Source: Nitrospira sp. (GTDB lineage: Bacteria > Nitrospirota > Nitrospiria > Nitrospirales > Nitrospiraceae). Taken from it: a DNA stretch of 64,000 nucleotides. Position numbers and translations under genes: made by a program. Under the pieces are notes generated by a model, which made no database searches, was not told the DNA's origin, and saw only the letters and a program-made list of their open reading frames with translations. Numbering within the stretch: the stretch's first letter is position 1; each line of letters starts with the position of its first letter. This document shows, piece by piece, positions 51,757 through 62,145 of the stretch. The stretch spans positions 32,001 to 96,000 of the forward strand of contig AP038806.1 in assembly GCA_047150005.1 (NCBI GenBank). The letters run 5' to 3'.

Positions 51757-52146
51757 TCAGCGGCCGGAGGTTCCCCCGCGGTTTGCGAGCACTTGCTGGA
51801 GGCTGATGATCAACTCCTCCTCTTTCACAGGTTTTTGTACGTAGCCATCCGCGCCAAGACTTCGCGCCTTCTCCTCGGCTTCCTGTGGATCACGGCCCGT
51901 CACCACGATAACCGGAATCTTGCTCAACCTGGTGTTGTGTTTCAAACGTTCGAGGACACAGAACCCGTCTCCGGCCGGCAATCCGAGGTCCAAGAGGATC
52001 GCATGGGGTTCATGGCGCAGAGCCGCATTCGTCGCTTGCATCCCATCCGCCGCCCACACAGGATAATAGTGATGGGCGCGGAGCACCGTGCTGAGCAGAT
52101 TCCAGCTATCGATACCATCGTCGACGACGAGAATCGGTGTTTTCAT
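51757..52146 (-). CDS. Single-domain response regulator
   Basis: LVVDD, LLDLGLP, VTG, QKP. Confidence 0.92.
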   Translation of the reverse strand: MKTPILVVDDGIDSWNLLSTVLRAHHYYPVWAADGMQATNAALRHEPHAILLDLGLPAGDGFCVLERLKHNTRLSKIPVIVVTGRDPQEAEEKARSLGADGYVQKPVKEEELIISLQQVLANRGGTSGR

Positions 52147-52309
52147 GCCATACCTCGCTTTTTTAGGTCTCTTGATACCGGCTTGGGGTATGCCGTTCCC
52201 CTCTGAACCAAGCGTACCTGAGAGACTGCGCGAGGCTAGCCCAGGAAGGAGTACCTCGAAAGCGGTGAGAATCAGCAGGGATGGCGTAGGACAGGTAGGC
52301 TTCAGAGGA

Positions 52310-52951
52310 TCAAGAACATGGTTTCAGCAGCCACACGTTCTCTTTAGCAGGGCATTTCCCCTTCAATCCGCCGGATACGTCGGTGCTTGCAAGCAGCCTG
52401 ACATCATAATGACTTGCGTAATGCCTCTCCACTTCCTCATCACTCACTGAAAAAGGAGGCCCTTCCATCAGACGTTGGTCGTAGTAATAGCAGATCAGCA
52501 ACTGCGGAGCCTTATCTGTCATCTCCATGAGGTGCACGGCATATCGATTTCGCACGTCTTCGGGGAGAGCCACCAATGCGGCCCTGTCGTAGATGGCATC
52601 GACCGAGCTTAGCATCGTTCTCGACAAGGCAAAGATATCGCCGACGAAAATGTCGAGGTGCTTCGCGCTCCACTGCTCGAGATCGCCGACCGTGGATATT
52701 TCCGGTTGCGCGCCAAGGTCCATGAAGAGTTGCTCGATGGCGAGGCGACTCAATTCAGCTCCAGCCACACGATAGTCCTTGGAGAGAAGCCAAGAAATAT
52801 CGAGACTTTTTCCGCATAAGGGTACAAAGACACGCCTGCCCCTGCCCAAAGACAGCTCGCTGAAATGCCTCACCAGCAGTGGGTTGACCTTGCTTTCATG
52901 GAAGGCAATTTCATTGCGCTCCCATCGCTGATGCCAAAAGCTTGGATCCAT
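52310..52951 (-). CDS. tpm: Thiopurine S-methyltransferase
   Basis: FWHQRW, VFVPLCGKSLD, YDRAALVALP, GPPFSV. Confidence 0.95.
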   Translation of the reverse strand: MDPSFWHQRWERNEIAFHESKVNPLLVRHFSELSLGRGRRVFVPLCGKSLDISWLLSKDYRVAGAELSRLAIEQLFMDLGAQPEISTVGDLEQWSAKHLDIFVGDIFALSRTMLSSVDAIYDRAALVALPEDVRNRYAVHLMEMTDKAPQLLICYYYDQRLMEGPPFSVSDEEVERHYASHYDVRLLASTDVSGGLKGKCPAKENVWLLKPCS

Positions 52952-53213
52952 GATCAACGCTCTTTACCCATGGCGGATGAAGCTCCTGATCGGCACGGTA
53001 CGAACGGCTGCGTGGCCGTGTGAGATTCTTGAGGTTGTCGGCTCAATTGTCAAGGGTCATTCGGTTCGGCTTAGCGCTGATTCGCAGAGATGGTGGCGAT
53101 CCATCCAACCATGGGACTGTGCTGGGCTATGCCTTCGCGTTGACACATCCAAACTCTGCGAAGTAGCCTACTGGCGTCTTGAAGCCATCATTCACGCCTC
53201 AACGCGGTGATCC

Positions 53214-53651
53214 ATGATTCTGCACATTGACCATGTAACCGTGGTGGTGCGGGACGTTGCCAAGGCGAAAGCCTTTTTCGTCCTGCTGGGATTTGTCGAG
53301 GACAAATCCGTCGTCATTTCCGGTGATCAGTTTGCCCGCTACATGAGTGTGCCGGGGATCGAAGCGGAGCACGTCACGCTGGTGTCGAACCAGACGCCCC
53401 GGTTTGAAATTCAGCTACTGCGATATATCCGGCCAGAACACCTGTCCGACACGGATGTCACGAACCTGGCAAAGCCCGGCTTCAATCACATCTGTTTCGC
53501 AGTCACGGATTTGGATGGAGAGGTACAGCGGTTGGTCAGTCAGGGTGTGACCCTGCGGAACGAGGTCATGGACTTTCATGCCCGGAAGCTGGTGTTTCTC
53601 TCCGGCCCCGAAGGCATTACGGTCGAACTAGCCGAATGGCACGCTCCATAA
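53214..53651 (+). CDS. VOC / glyoxalase family protein
   Basis: IDHV.VVV, HICFAV, GPEGITVEL. Confidence 0.9.
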   Translation: MILHIDHVTVVVRDVAKAKAFFVLLGFVEDKSVVISGDQFARYMSVPGIEAEHVTLVSNQTPRFEIQLLRYIRPEHLSDTDVTNLAKPGFNHICFAVTDLDGEVQRLVSQGVTLRNEVMDFHARKLVFLSGPEGITVELAEWHAP

Positions 53652-53720
53652 GCAGAGCACATGCCGGAACCGTTTCATGGCCTGCCGGAACGACAACAGG
53701 CGCGGGGCCCATGTGGCCAC

Positions 53721-54056
53721 TCACCACGTCAGAATCTGACCTTCCGTCATCGGCAGCCGTCCTTCCATCTCCGCGCACTTCGTCCAGGGATGCAGTGCGG
53801 CCCCCACCCCAGCCCCCAGCATGCCGAACGGGAGTGCCACGACGAACAGAGGCAGCCCGATTCCATACCCGACCCATTGCAACGCTGCGTTCTCTCGCTT
53901 TGCGCCGGCTTCGACCACGGCTTCCGCCGGATAGAGCGGGAACGTGCCGTATTCACTGCCTAAGCTAGCGCTTTCGCCGACGGTCCGACACCGTGCATCA
54001 CCAAGCGCGGGCATGAGAACCACCGTAAGCATGAGCACGATCGCACTGATCTTCAT
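53721..54056 (-). CDS. Exported/membrane hypothetical protein
   Basis: GGGAGG RBS, signal-like N-terminus, internal TM. Confidence 0.65.
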   Translation of the reverse strand: MKISAIVLMLTVVLMPALGDARCRTVGESASLGSEYGTFPLYPAEAVVEAGAKRENAALQWVGYGIGLPLFVVALPFGMLGAGVGAALHPWTKCAEMEGRLPMTEGQILTW

Positions 54057-54261
54057 GCGGTCCCTCCCGGTTCTTCGTCGTCGTAATCATCCTCGCAAAC
54101 GTGAGCTGATGGTTGAATCATAAAGATTGTCGCGTTCTCTATCAATGGCGATCGAAGACGGCGCATTGCCGCCGAACAGGCAGCCGTGGCATAGTGGCGG
54201 TTCTTGCAACCCGCGGAGAGCGAGAATCTCTGGTATCAGTCCTTCCAAAGTGCGAATGTCC

Positions 54262-55269
54262 ATGGATGTGCTGTCTGAAGTGTTGAAAGCCGTGAAGCTC
54301 GACGGTGCCGTCTTCTTCAACGGGGAGTTTTCAGCGCCCTGGTGCGCCCGGGAGCCCGATTCCGGCACCATGGCTTCGTATCTCTCCGTCCCTTCCAAAC
54401 ACACGATCATCTTTCATCTCGTCACCGAAGGGCGCGCCTATGCCCGCGTGGAGCAAGACGGCAGCCGACTATCTGTTGTTGCCGGAGACATCGTGATGTT
54501 CCCGCACGGCGATGCGCACCTCATGGGGAACGGCCCTCCGGTCACACCCACGGACAGCTCGGAGCAACTGCTTCGAGTCCTATCCGAAGGGCTCATAGTA
54601 TCCCGGATCGGTGGAGGAGGAGAACTGACAAAACTGATTTGCGGGTACATGACCTGCGACCCGCAACTGAGCCAACTATTCCTGAGCGGCCTGCCCTCGA
54701 TCGTGAAGGTCAACATCCGCGACCAGGCATCGGGGCAATGGCTGGAAGATACGCTTCGTTATTCGGTCAATCAGGCCGGGGCATCCGGCCCGGGCGGCGC
54801 AGCCGTCGTCGCCAAATTGTCCGAAGCCTTGTTCGTCGAAACGCTGCGACAGTATATCGCGCGGCTGCCCAAGGCCCAGACCGGCTGGCTCGCCGGTGTG
54901 CGCGATCCGCAGGTCGGAAAAGCCCTGGCGTTCCTTCATCGACAGCCGGCTCACCCGTGGACCATTGCCACGCTCGCGAATGAAGTCGGTGTGTCTCGCT
55001 CCGTGCTCGCCGAGCGATTCAAACATTACCTCTCGGAAACACCCATCGGCTATCTCACGCGGTGGAGACTGCAACTCGCCGCACAACTGTTGGCGTCGAC
55101 ATCCAAGAGCGTGGCCGAAGTGGCAGGCGAGGTCGGCTACGAATCCGAGCCCTCGTTCAACAGAGCATTCAAACGAGAGTTCGGTCTCCCGCCCGCACGG
55201 TTCCGCACTCAAGCGAAGCCGCCTCGTACCCTCCCCCTCGGGTCCGTATCGACGAACCGTCGGCCATAG
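54262..55269 (+). CDS. AraC family regulator with cupin domain (RclR-like)
   Basis: MDVLSEVL, W...DP..G.AL, C-terminal VGYESEPSFNRAFKR. Confidence 0.92.
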   Translation: MDVLSEVLKAVKLDGAVFFNGEFSAPWCAREPDSGTMASYLSVPSKHTIIFHLVTEGRAYARVEQDGSRLSVVAGDIVMFPHGDAHLMGNGPPVTPTDSSEQLLRVLSEGLIVSRIGGGGELTKLICGYMTCDPQLSQLFLSGLPSIVKVNIRDQASGQWLEDTLRYSVNQAGASGPGGAAVVAKLSEALFVETLRQYIARLPKAQTGWLAGVRDPQVGKALAFLHRQPAHPWTIATLANEVGVSRSVLAERFKHYLSETPIGYLTRWRLQLAAQLLASTSKSVAEVAGEVGYESEPSFNRAFKREFGLPPARFRTQAKPPRTLPLGSVSTNRRP

Positions 55270-55277
55270 CGCTCACC

Positions 55278-56009
55278 TCAGCGGAGCTGCTTGGTCGAAG
55301 CATCGAGCGGCGTCAGGGGGTGACCTTTCCGACCGATGGCGGTGGCCTCCAGCGCACGGCCATAGCTGGTGCTCGTGCCGTAGCCTACGACGACGACCTC
55401 CATGTTCCATCGCAACGATGCGGACAATTGCGCTCCGACGTCGGGCGGCAAGCGGATCTGTGTCTCGTCGGACAAGACCATGCCATTGACGACGCCCTTT
55501 ATGTCATCATAGAGCAGGACTTGAATGGTGCCGGCGGCTTTCATCTCATTGGCCCCGGGGCGCACTTCCGGAGGAGGAATGGGAAGATCAAGCCGATAGG
55601 GAATGGTGAACGACTTGCCGTCCGTCACATTCACGATGACGTCGGGGGTCACGAGCGGCGAGTCCGCACTGCGCCGCCCATGCACGCGTATATGATCGCC
55701 CGGTTGAATACTGCTTATGAGCTCATCAGCAGCGCGGTAGGTGACATGTACTTGGGATCCGTCACGCAGCAGTAGTCCATTCACCACCCCGCGAGGGTGC
55801 AACAGATAGCGATCCACGACCCCGTCGGCAACCGGGGGCTGATTCATGGATGGCGGCGTTTCGTCAACAGCATGAACGGCACGTCCCTGACGAGAGGCCG
55901 GATCATGTCCCATTGCGGCGCTCGAATATGAGGAAGCCATGCCGACACCTATGGATAGGACAAGCAACCTTGTCGTGATCACGCTCCGGAGTCGCAGACA
56001 TCGCAGCAT
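55278..56009 (-). CDS. Exported hypothetical protein with a duplicated OB-like unit
   Basis: Two G.VNG..L.D...V/I repeats. Start uncertain. Confidence 0.7.
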   Translation of the reverse strand: MLRCLRLRSVITTRLLVLSIGVGMASSYSSAAMGHDPASRQGRAVHAVDETPPSMNQPPVADGVVDRYLLHPRGVVNGLLLRDGSQVHVTYRAADELISSIQPGDHIRVHGRRSADSPLVTPDVIVNVTDGKSFTIPYRLDLPIPPPEVRPGANEMKAAGTIQVLLYDDIKGVVNGMVLSDETQIRLPPDVGAQLSASLRWNMEVVVVGYGTSTSYGRALEATAIGRKGHPLTPLDASTKQLR

Positions 56010-56249
56010 AGCCGGCCTCGGCAAGCTTCGCGCAAGAAGACAATGTCGATGTTCCATTCTGACGCAAGTCCTTGGGGGGCATCAAGCCGCTTGCCGCCGT
56101 CGAACTCTTGGCTTGGTCCATTGACTTATCCGGAGGGAACGCTTAGGTCGTGCACCGCTGATATCTATTATCTATGCCCAGCATCTGTGAGGATAGTATC
56201 CGATCCTCTCGGCCTTGTTCGACACTATTTCCATGAGAAGGGAGCGTCC

Positions 56250-56618
56250 ATGAGCCGACCTGAAGAATTCCATTCCCGATTCGCCGCTGCGTTCAACTCC
56301 GGGAACGTCGAGGCAGTCATGGCGCTATACGAACCGGAGGCCACCCTCGTTCCACAGCCTGGTCAAGTCGTGCAAGGGCGAGAAGCTATCCGCCAAGCCC
56401 TGCTTCAATTTTTGGCGCTAAAAGGGACGATGGAGGTGAAGAGCATCTTCACAGTCCATGGATCCGGTGTGGTGTTGACGCGAGGTCAGTGGAAGCTGAC
56501 CGGGACCGGACCTGACGGAAAGCCAATCACAATGACAGGCCGCAGCGTGGAAGTACTTCGCCAACAACCCAATGGTGAATGGCTGCTTGCGATCGATCAT
56601 CCATTCGGAGCGGATTGA
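56250..56618 (+). CDS. SnoaL/NTF2-like (YybH/DUF4440) protein
   Basis: F.AAFNSG, LYEPEA, EVLRQQPNGEW...IDHP. Confidence 0.85.
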   Translation: MSRPEEFHSRFAAAFNSGNVEAVMALYEPEATLVPQPGQVVQGREAIRQALLQFLALKGTMEVKSIFTVHGSGVVLTRGQWKLTGTGPDGKPITMTGRSVEVLRQQPNGEWLLAIDHPFGAD

Positions 56619-56723
56619 ACAAACACGAAGGGACATGCAATAGCGGGGCGAAAGGTCGCATTCTCTGCTCGCCTGGCATCTCCAGTGGAGCAACCACCAT
56701 CTGAGTCTTATGACCTGGTTCTT

Positions 56724-57245
56724 TCAGTCCTTCAGAATCCGACCGCCCTCAACCAACAGCGGATGCTTTCCCGCCCCTTCGAGACCGAGCAATCTGGCTT
56801 TGATATTCAGTCCTCCCGCAAAGCCAGTCAGTTTCCCCGACGCGCCGATCACGCGGTGGCAGGGCACGATGATGGACAAGGGATTCTTGCTGTTGGCCAG
56901 ACCGACCGCCCGCGACGCGGATCGGTTCCCGATCGCGCGTGCCAGTTCGCCATAGCTCCGAGTCTGACCGTACGGGATACGGAGCAGCTCTTGCCATACC
57001 CGCTTTTGAAAGTCCGTGCCACGCAGGCGAATCGGGACCTCAAACGTCGTCCGTTTACCCTCGAAATACTCAGCCAATTGGCGTTCGACCTCGACGAACA
57101 CAGAATGCCGAGCGTCTTCACGCATGTCCTCGAGTGTGACTCTGGTTGCACGTTCGCTTGGCCACAGCACTGCGAGCAGACTCGATTCGTCCGCCACCAG
57201 CTTGAGCCGTCCGACTGCAGTCTCCATGTGCTTATACCGCAGCAT
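56724..57245 (-). CDS. ogt: Methylated-DNA--protein-cysteine methyltransferase
   Basis: GTDFQ..VW, IPYG, RAVG, PCHRV active site. Confidence 0.96.
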   Translation of the reverse strand: MLRYKHMETAVGRLKLVADESSLLAVLWPSERATRVTLEDMREDARHSVFVEVERQLAEYFEGKRTTFEVPIRLRGTDFQKRVWQELLRIPYGQTRSYGELARAIGNRSASRAVGLANSKNPLSIIVPCHRVIGASGKLTGFAGGLNIKARLLGLEGAGKHPLLVEGGRILKD

Positions 57246-58695
57246 GTCCCTTCCTCCTTTCTTGGACAGACGCCCGAGCCTGTTCGTTCCAAAGACCGAC
57301 CGCCGCGTAACTGCGCCAGGGTCTGACGACATCCGAATTGAATTGCGGATTGGCCTTCACAAATCGGCTCAGGATCAGATCCGTCGCCGGAAAGGCATCC
57401 GTATCGCCGAGTGCTCTGAGCGCCATGTATTCAGCACTCCATACACCGATGCCCTTGACGGTCCGGACGCGGCGTTTGAACTCCTCCAGATCCTGCATCG
57501 GTTCGAGTTGAATGGTTCCTTCGGCGACGCGTGCCGAGAATTCGCGAATCGTCGCACGCTTCTGGTCCGTGACGGCCAGGTCACGCAGATCCGATTCGGC
57601 GAGGATGAGCGGGCCCGGAAATATTCGAACTCGATCGCCGGAGAGGGGATGGCGGATCTCCTCGCCGTAGCTTGCCGCGAGTTGACTCATGAGCCTCGAA
57701 GCCTGAACCACGGAAATCACCTGACCGATAATCGTAGCGATCGCGGTTTCAAACGGATCAAAGCCCCGGGCCAGCCTGACTCCCTGATGCTTGTTCTGAA
57801 GCGTTGCGAGGACGCTCGACTGCTCAAACACCTTGGCGATCAAAGTCGGATCGGCATCCAAGTCGAACATGTGCCGGATGCGTTGCGCAACACTCAAAAG
57901 GTGTCGCGTGTCCGACAGACAGATCTCAAGGATCAATTCCGGCTTCTTGCTGCACGGTCTCGCTCGAAAGAACCCCGTTGTTTCCTTGTCCCCGAGCCTG
58001 AATACACGCGCATACGTTTCTCCCTCGATCGTTTCAACACCGGAGACCTGATGGCTCCGGTAGTAATTGAGCAGACCGTGCCAATCGAGCGGAGGTCGGT
58101 AGGGCAGAGCCAGCCGGATCAGGGGCGTAGCCCGCACGGCCATGCATGAGGATCGAAGCGCGGAAGGCGGCCGATGGAACCGTTTCTTGACGGCATCGTT
58201 GAATCGGCGCAGCGAGCGAAACCCGGCGGAGAAGGCGATCTCCGTAAACGGAAGCGGCGTTTCAACAATCAGCTTCCGAGCGAAGTTGAGTCTGGTGCCG
58301 TCATGAAGCTGCTTGGGAGTTTGCCCGAGTTCCTTCTCGAACAGCCGTCTCAAATGCCGCGCCGTCACTCCCAGCCGGTCGGCAAACATCTCTTCGGTTT
58401 GCCCTTCAAGCGCTCCTTGAGCGATGAGCTTGAGTGCCCGCTCGATGGTGGCTTGTTTGCCGTTCCACGCAGGAGATCCCGGCGCAGACTCTGGACGGCA
58501 CCGCAAGCATGGTCGATACCCGGCTCTTTCCGCCGCGTGAGCCGTCTTGAAGAACTCGACGTTCTCGCGCTTGGGACGGGCCGGACAAATCGGCCGGCAA
58601 TAGATGCCCGTCGTCTTCACCGCGACGAACAACCTTCCGTCGAAGCGGCGATCTCTCGCCACTACGGCCTGATAGAAGGGATCGTCGATGTTCAT
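57232..58695 (-). CDS. alkA: Ada Zn domain / AraC / AlkA 3-methyladenine glycosylase fusion
   Basis: TGIYCRPIC, RPCLRCRP, HTH, LPYRPP, KGIGVWSA HhH, PWRSYA. Confidence 0.93.
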   Translation of the reverse strand: MNIDDPFYQAVVARDRRFDGRLFVAVKTTGIYCRPICPARPKRENVEFFKTAHAAERAGYRPCLRCRPESAPGSPAWNGKQATIERALKLIAQGALEGQTEEMFADRLGVTARHLRRLFEKELGQTPKQLHDGTRLNFARKLIVETPLPFTEIAFSAGFRSLRRFNDAVKKRFHRPPSALRSSCMAVRATPLIRLALPYRPPLDWHGLLNYYRSHQVSGVETIEGETYARVFRLGDKETTGFFRARPCSKKPELILEICLSDTRHLLSVAQRIRHMFDLDADPTLIAKVFEQSSVLATLQNKHQGVRLARGFDPFETAIATIIGQVISVVQASRLMSQLAASYGEEIRHPLSGDRVRIFPGPLILAESDLRDLAVTDQKRATIREFSARVAEGTIQLEPMQDLEEFKRRVRTVKGIGVWSAEYMALRALGDTDAFPATDLILSRFVKANPQFNSDVVRPWRSYAAVGLWNEQARASVQERRKGHAAV

Positions 58696-59005
58696 TTCTC
58701 GAGTCTCACACATCCGTCGGCGCGTCCATCGCACATGAATATAGGCGAATGGCCGTTCGCGCACTCGCCGGATTCGGACCTGTACGTCCGTGGCCGTATT
58801 TAAGCCCATTCCGCAAGCCCATTACTACCACCCTCGCCTGGTCTTTCCTCCGGCGACCAGTCCCTGTCGATGCTCATCTCTCTTACACGGCGATGGACCT
58901 GACCAACAATGAGGAAGACAAATCAATCAAGGCACCCATAAAAGAATCGAACGGCGGGAGAGGATCCTTGCCTCTCGGACGGTCGGTGGAGCATACTGAC
59001 ACAGT

Positions 59006-60061
59006 ATGTACAAGGCCAAGGCATACGGAGCAGCCGGCGCGACAGCCTCGCTTGCTTCCACCATGATCTCGCGTCGCGATCCCGGCGAACAGGACGTCCA
59101 GATCGACATCCTCTTCTGCGGGATCTGCCACTCCGATCTCCATCAGGTCCGCAACGAATGGAAGGGCGCGGCGCCGACCGTGTACCCGTGCGTCCCAGGC
59201 CATGAGATCGTCGGCCGTGTCGAGAAAGTCGGCTCCGCCGTCACGAAATTCAAGCCCGGCGATCTTGCTGCCGTCGGCTGCATGGTCGATTCCGACAAAA
59301 CCTGCCACGAGTGCCAGGCCGGTCTTGAGCAGTTCTGCGCGAACATGACCCTGACCTACAATTCGCCGGACAAGCACCTCGGCGGCGTCACCCATGGCGG
59401 CTACTCCGAGAGCGTGGTCGTCGACCAACGATTTGTCCTGCGCGTTCCGCCCAACCTCGATCTCGCCGGAACCGCCCCGCTCCTCTGCGCCGGCATCACC
59501 ACGTACTCGCCGAGGCGCCATTGGGGCGTGACAAAAGGCAAGAAGGTCGGTGTGGTCGGGCTCGGGGGATTAGGTCATATGGCCGTGAAGTTCGCCAATG
59601 CGCTCGGAGCTCATGTAGCAGTCTTCACCACGTCGCCCAACAAGAAGGACGACGCGCTCCGCTTGGGTGCCGACGAGGTCGTCATCTCCCGCAACGCCAA
59701 CGAAATGAAAAAGCAGACCGGCAGCTTCGACTTCATTCTCGACGCCGTGTCCGCCGACCACGACATCAACGCGTACATCGAGCTGCTTCGACGCGACGGC
59801 GCCATCACCCTCGTCGGCGCACCTGAGAAGCCGCTTGCCGTTGCCGCCTTCAGCCTCATATTCGGACGCCGCAGCCTCTCCGGTTCCCCCATCGGCGGCA
59901 TTCCCGAAACCCAGGAGATGCTCGATTTTTGCGCCGCCCACCACATTACCGCCGACGTTGAAGTCATCCCCATCCAGCAGGTGAATGAAGCGTACGACAG
60001 ACTGCTCAAGTCCGACGTGAAGTACCGCTTCTCGATCGATATGGCTTCTCTGAAAGGCTAA
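59006..60061 (+). CDS. NADP-dependent zinc alcohol dehydrogenase (cinnamyl/YahK type)
   Basis: CGICHSD, GHEIVG, structural Zn cysteines, GLGGLG. Confidence 0.95.
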   Translation: MYKAKAYGAAGATASLASTMISRRDPGEQDVQIDILFCGICHSDLHQVRNEWKGAAPTVYPCVPGHEIVGRVEKVGSAVTKFKPGDLAAVGCMVDSDKTCHECQAGLEQFCANMTLTYNSPDKHLGGVTHGGYSESVVVDQRFVLRVPPNLDLAGTAPLLCAGITTYSPRRHWGVTKGKKVGVVGLGGLGHMAVKFANALGAHVAVFTTSPNKKDDALRLGADEVVISRNANEMKKQTGSFDFILDAVSADHDINAYIELLRRDGAITLVGAPEKPLAVAAFSLIFGRRSLSGSPIGGIPETQEMLDFCAAHHITADVEVIPIQQVNEAYDRLLKSDVKYRFSIDMASLKG

Positions 60062-60084
60062 CACCGAGGAGGGCTGCAGAAAGG

Positions 60085-60327
60085 ATGAGGACGCCACTCG
60101 TCGCGATCGCCGCACTGACCGCCGTGCTCGCGCTCCCCGTTTCCGGAATCGCTCAAGAGACACCGGCGAATCAGAAATCGCCGACCGAACAGCTGGTGGA
60201 TGCCTTCAACGCCGTGTTCGGCGCCCATCCGGGCCTGCGGGGCAATCATCCGAAAGGCGTCGTCTTGGAAGGCTCCTTCACGCCGAGCACCGACGTGTCC
60301 TTGTCCCGTCGCGCCCAGACTCAGTAA
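60085..60327 (+). pseudogene. 5' fragment of a periplasmic catalase-related peroxidase (SrpA-like)
   Basis: Signal peptide, FG.HPG.R.NH.KG...G.FTP, then a stop at 80 aa. Confidence 0.8.
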
Positions 60328-60386
60328 GATTCGGCCCCTGGATGCATGTCCGAGAGTGCGGCTGCCCTTCGGCAAGCCGGGCCACG

Positions 60387-61049
60387 ATGAAGATACCGCC
60401 GATTCCTCTGTGGATCCTCTCCGCCGTCCTACTCTTGCCGGCATGCTCCTCCAAGGTTCCCCCGACGGGCGCCCGATTTCCCATCACCAGCGGTTCTCAT
60501 CTCCTTCTGCCGACCGCGGAACAGCGGATTCTTCTCTGGGGCGACCACGACGTGACCGTCGCGGCCCTCGAATGGCTCCGATCACACCACTATACGAACG
60601 TTGTCGTCGCGGATCACGGTCGGTTTCGGGAGGCGCAGATTTCACCGAGCCTGTCGGCTCGCAAGGCGGCGCTCGTCATCGCGGACGATATGCATGCCGA
60701 GTTTGTGCTGTTACTGGAGCGGGAGACCAGCAAGGAAGGGGCACTGATCGAGCCGCACTGCGGCGCACGCTTCTTTGTCGATGTGAACCTGCGGGGGCTG
60801 TCGGTACACAGCGGAGACGCGGTCTTGCAAGCCAATGCCCATTACCCGCACTGTGTCGAGTTGAACGTCCGGACGACTCGGAGCTTGATATGCCAGACAT
60901 TCGCCACCGCCTGGGGCTTTCGGCCGTCGGGGCAACTCGATCTTCCGTCGAGTCTGATGTGTACGGCAGGCCAGACAGAGCCAAGGTCCGATCGTTCGAT
61001 CGCCGGAGACGCGAGAGCAGGCCTGGCATTTCCGCGGAATGCGCCATGA
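60387..61049 (+). CDS. Putative lipoprotein
   Basis: LPAC lipobox. ATGA overlap with the next gene. Confidence 0.7.
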   Translation: MKIPPIPLWILSAVLLLPACSSKVPPTGARFPITSGSHLLLPTAEQRILLWGDHDVTVAALEWLRSHHYTNVVVADHGRFREAQISPSLSARKAALVIADDMHAEFVLLLERETSKEGALIEPHCGARFFVDVNLRGLSVHSGDAVLQANAHYPHCVELNVRTTRSLICQTFATAWGFRPSGQLDLPSSLMCTAGQTEPRSDRSIAGDARAGLAFPRNAP

Positions 61050-61423
61050 CCACCCGGCTCCTGCTCGGCCTGTGGTTAGGGCTCAGCCTTTCTCTCGCCG
61101 GCTGCGAATCGGAGCGGGGCCGGTTGATGACGGAGAAGTACCCGACCTACCCCGATCACATCAAACGGGCGATCGACCGTGGCTATGCGATGCGCGGAAT
61201 GGATCACGACCAGATCTATCTGACATTCGGAGAGCCGATGTGTAAAAAGACCATCGAGCACAAGGGGAGACCGGTTGAGGTGTGGTTGTATCCTCCCGGG
61301 GGGCGCGACCCCTGTCTCACCGCCGAGTTTCGCGTGTATTTCGAAAACGGCATGGTATCGGATTGGTCCAAATCGACGGAAGCTCCGCGCTTCGCCGATC
61401 CCCCGGGAGGGCTTCCGCCGTGA
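61046..61423 (+). CDS. Putative lipoprotein (SmpA/BamE-like fold)
   Basis: LAGC lipobox, GM..DQI...FGEP, W.Y, VYFENG.V. Confidence 0.75.
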   Translation: MTTRLLLGLWLGLSLSLAGCESERGRLMTEKYPTYPDHIKRAIDRGYAMRGMDHDQIYLTFGEPMCKKTIEHKGRPVEVWLYPPGGRDPCLTAEFRVYFENGMVSDWSKSTEAPRFADPPGGLPP

Positions 61424-61464
61424 CGCATACTCCGGCAGACACTTCGAGAGCGCGACCCTTCCGG

Positions 61465-62145
61465 TCACTGGATTTTCGTCATCTTTTCCGGAAAAAAATA
61501 CTTCTCGAACCGTTCCCGCGCTTTTCTGTAGTCGTTGTCCGTCACGTACTGCAGCCGGTAATTGAATCGGCACTTGCGGTCTTTTTCATATTGATAGACG
61601 TCCTGCATAAAGGGCACGATCTGATCGAGATCCGAGGTAAACTCACCCTTCGCCAGGTTGGTGTCCAGGTCGGACGGCACCTCTCCGATCACGCGGATGG
61701 ATTCCTCTCCATTTTGAATACTGGCCTCGATCAGGACATTGTCCTTCTGGCACAGCACATACCCGCGTTTCAAGGTCTCCACCGCCTCTTGAAAGCCGTC
61801 TCGTGACGCGGCCTTCGCGCCGACCATGCCCTTCACATCATCGACCAGCCCGGTCATCTCGGTGAGGCGCTTCTCCAATCGTCGGTTGTGCTCCGTGGCC
61901 TCGTCAAGCTTCGCCTGAAGACCCGAGTCGTCGCGCATGGGCGTCGTAACCGGCTGGGCAGCGGGCTGAACCGCGGGCTCAGCGGGCTGAGCCGGCTCAG
62001 CCCGCTCAGATTGACGCGTTTCCTGTTGTCCGCTTGCGCCATTGTCCGTGACGTGGACGAGCATAACCGCAAAGACGAGCAGGAGAACCACCTGCACCAG
62101 GGACAGCCCAAGCACCGGATCTGCGCGGGAGTCAGTTCTTATCAC
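61465..62145 (-). CDS. Single-TM protein with Pro-rich linker, coiled coil and C-terminal domain (possible MotB/ZorB analogue)
   Basis: N-terminal TM GLSLVQVVLLLVFAVMLV. Overlaps the upstream gene by 14 nt. Confidence 0.7.
   Translation of the reverse strand: MIRTDSRADPVLGLSLVQVVLLLVFAVMLVHVTDNGASGQQETRQSERAEPAQPAEPAVQPAAQPVTTPMRDDSGLQAKLDEATEHNRRLEKRLTEMTGLVDDVKGMVGAKAASRDGFQEAVETLKRGYVLCQKDNVLIEASIQNGEESIRVIGEVPSDLDTNLAKGEFTSDLDQIVPFMQDVYQYEKDRKCRFNYRLQYVTDNDYRKARERFEKYFFPEKMTKIQ

Noticed and set aside
60200..61045. N-terminal part of the 407-aa ORF 60200..61423
   Set aside because: It overlaps better genes. The real start is the lipoprotein ATG at 61046.
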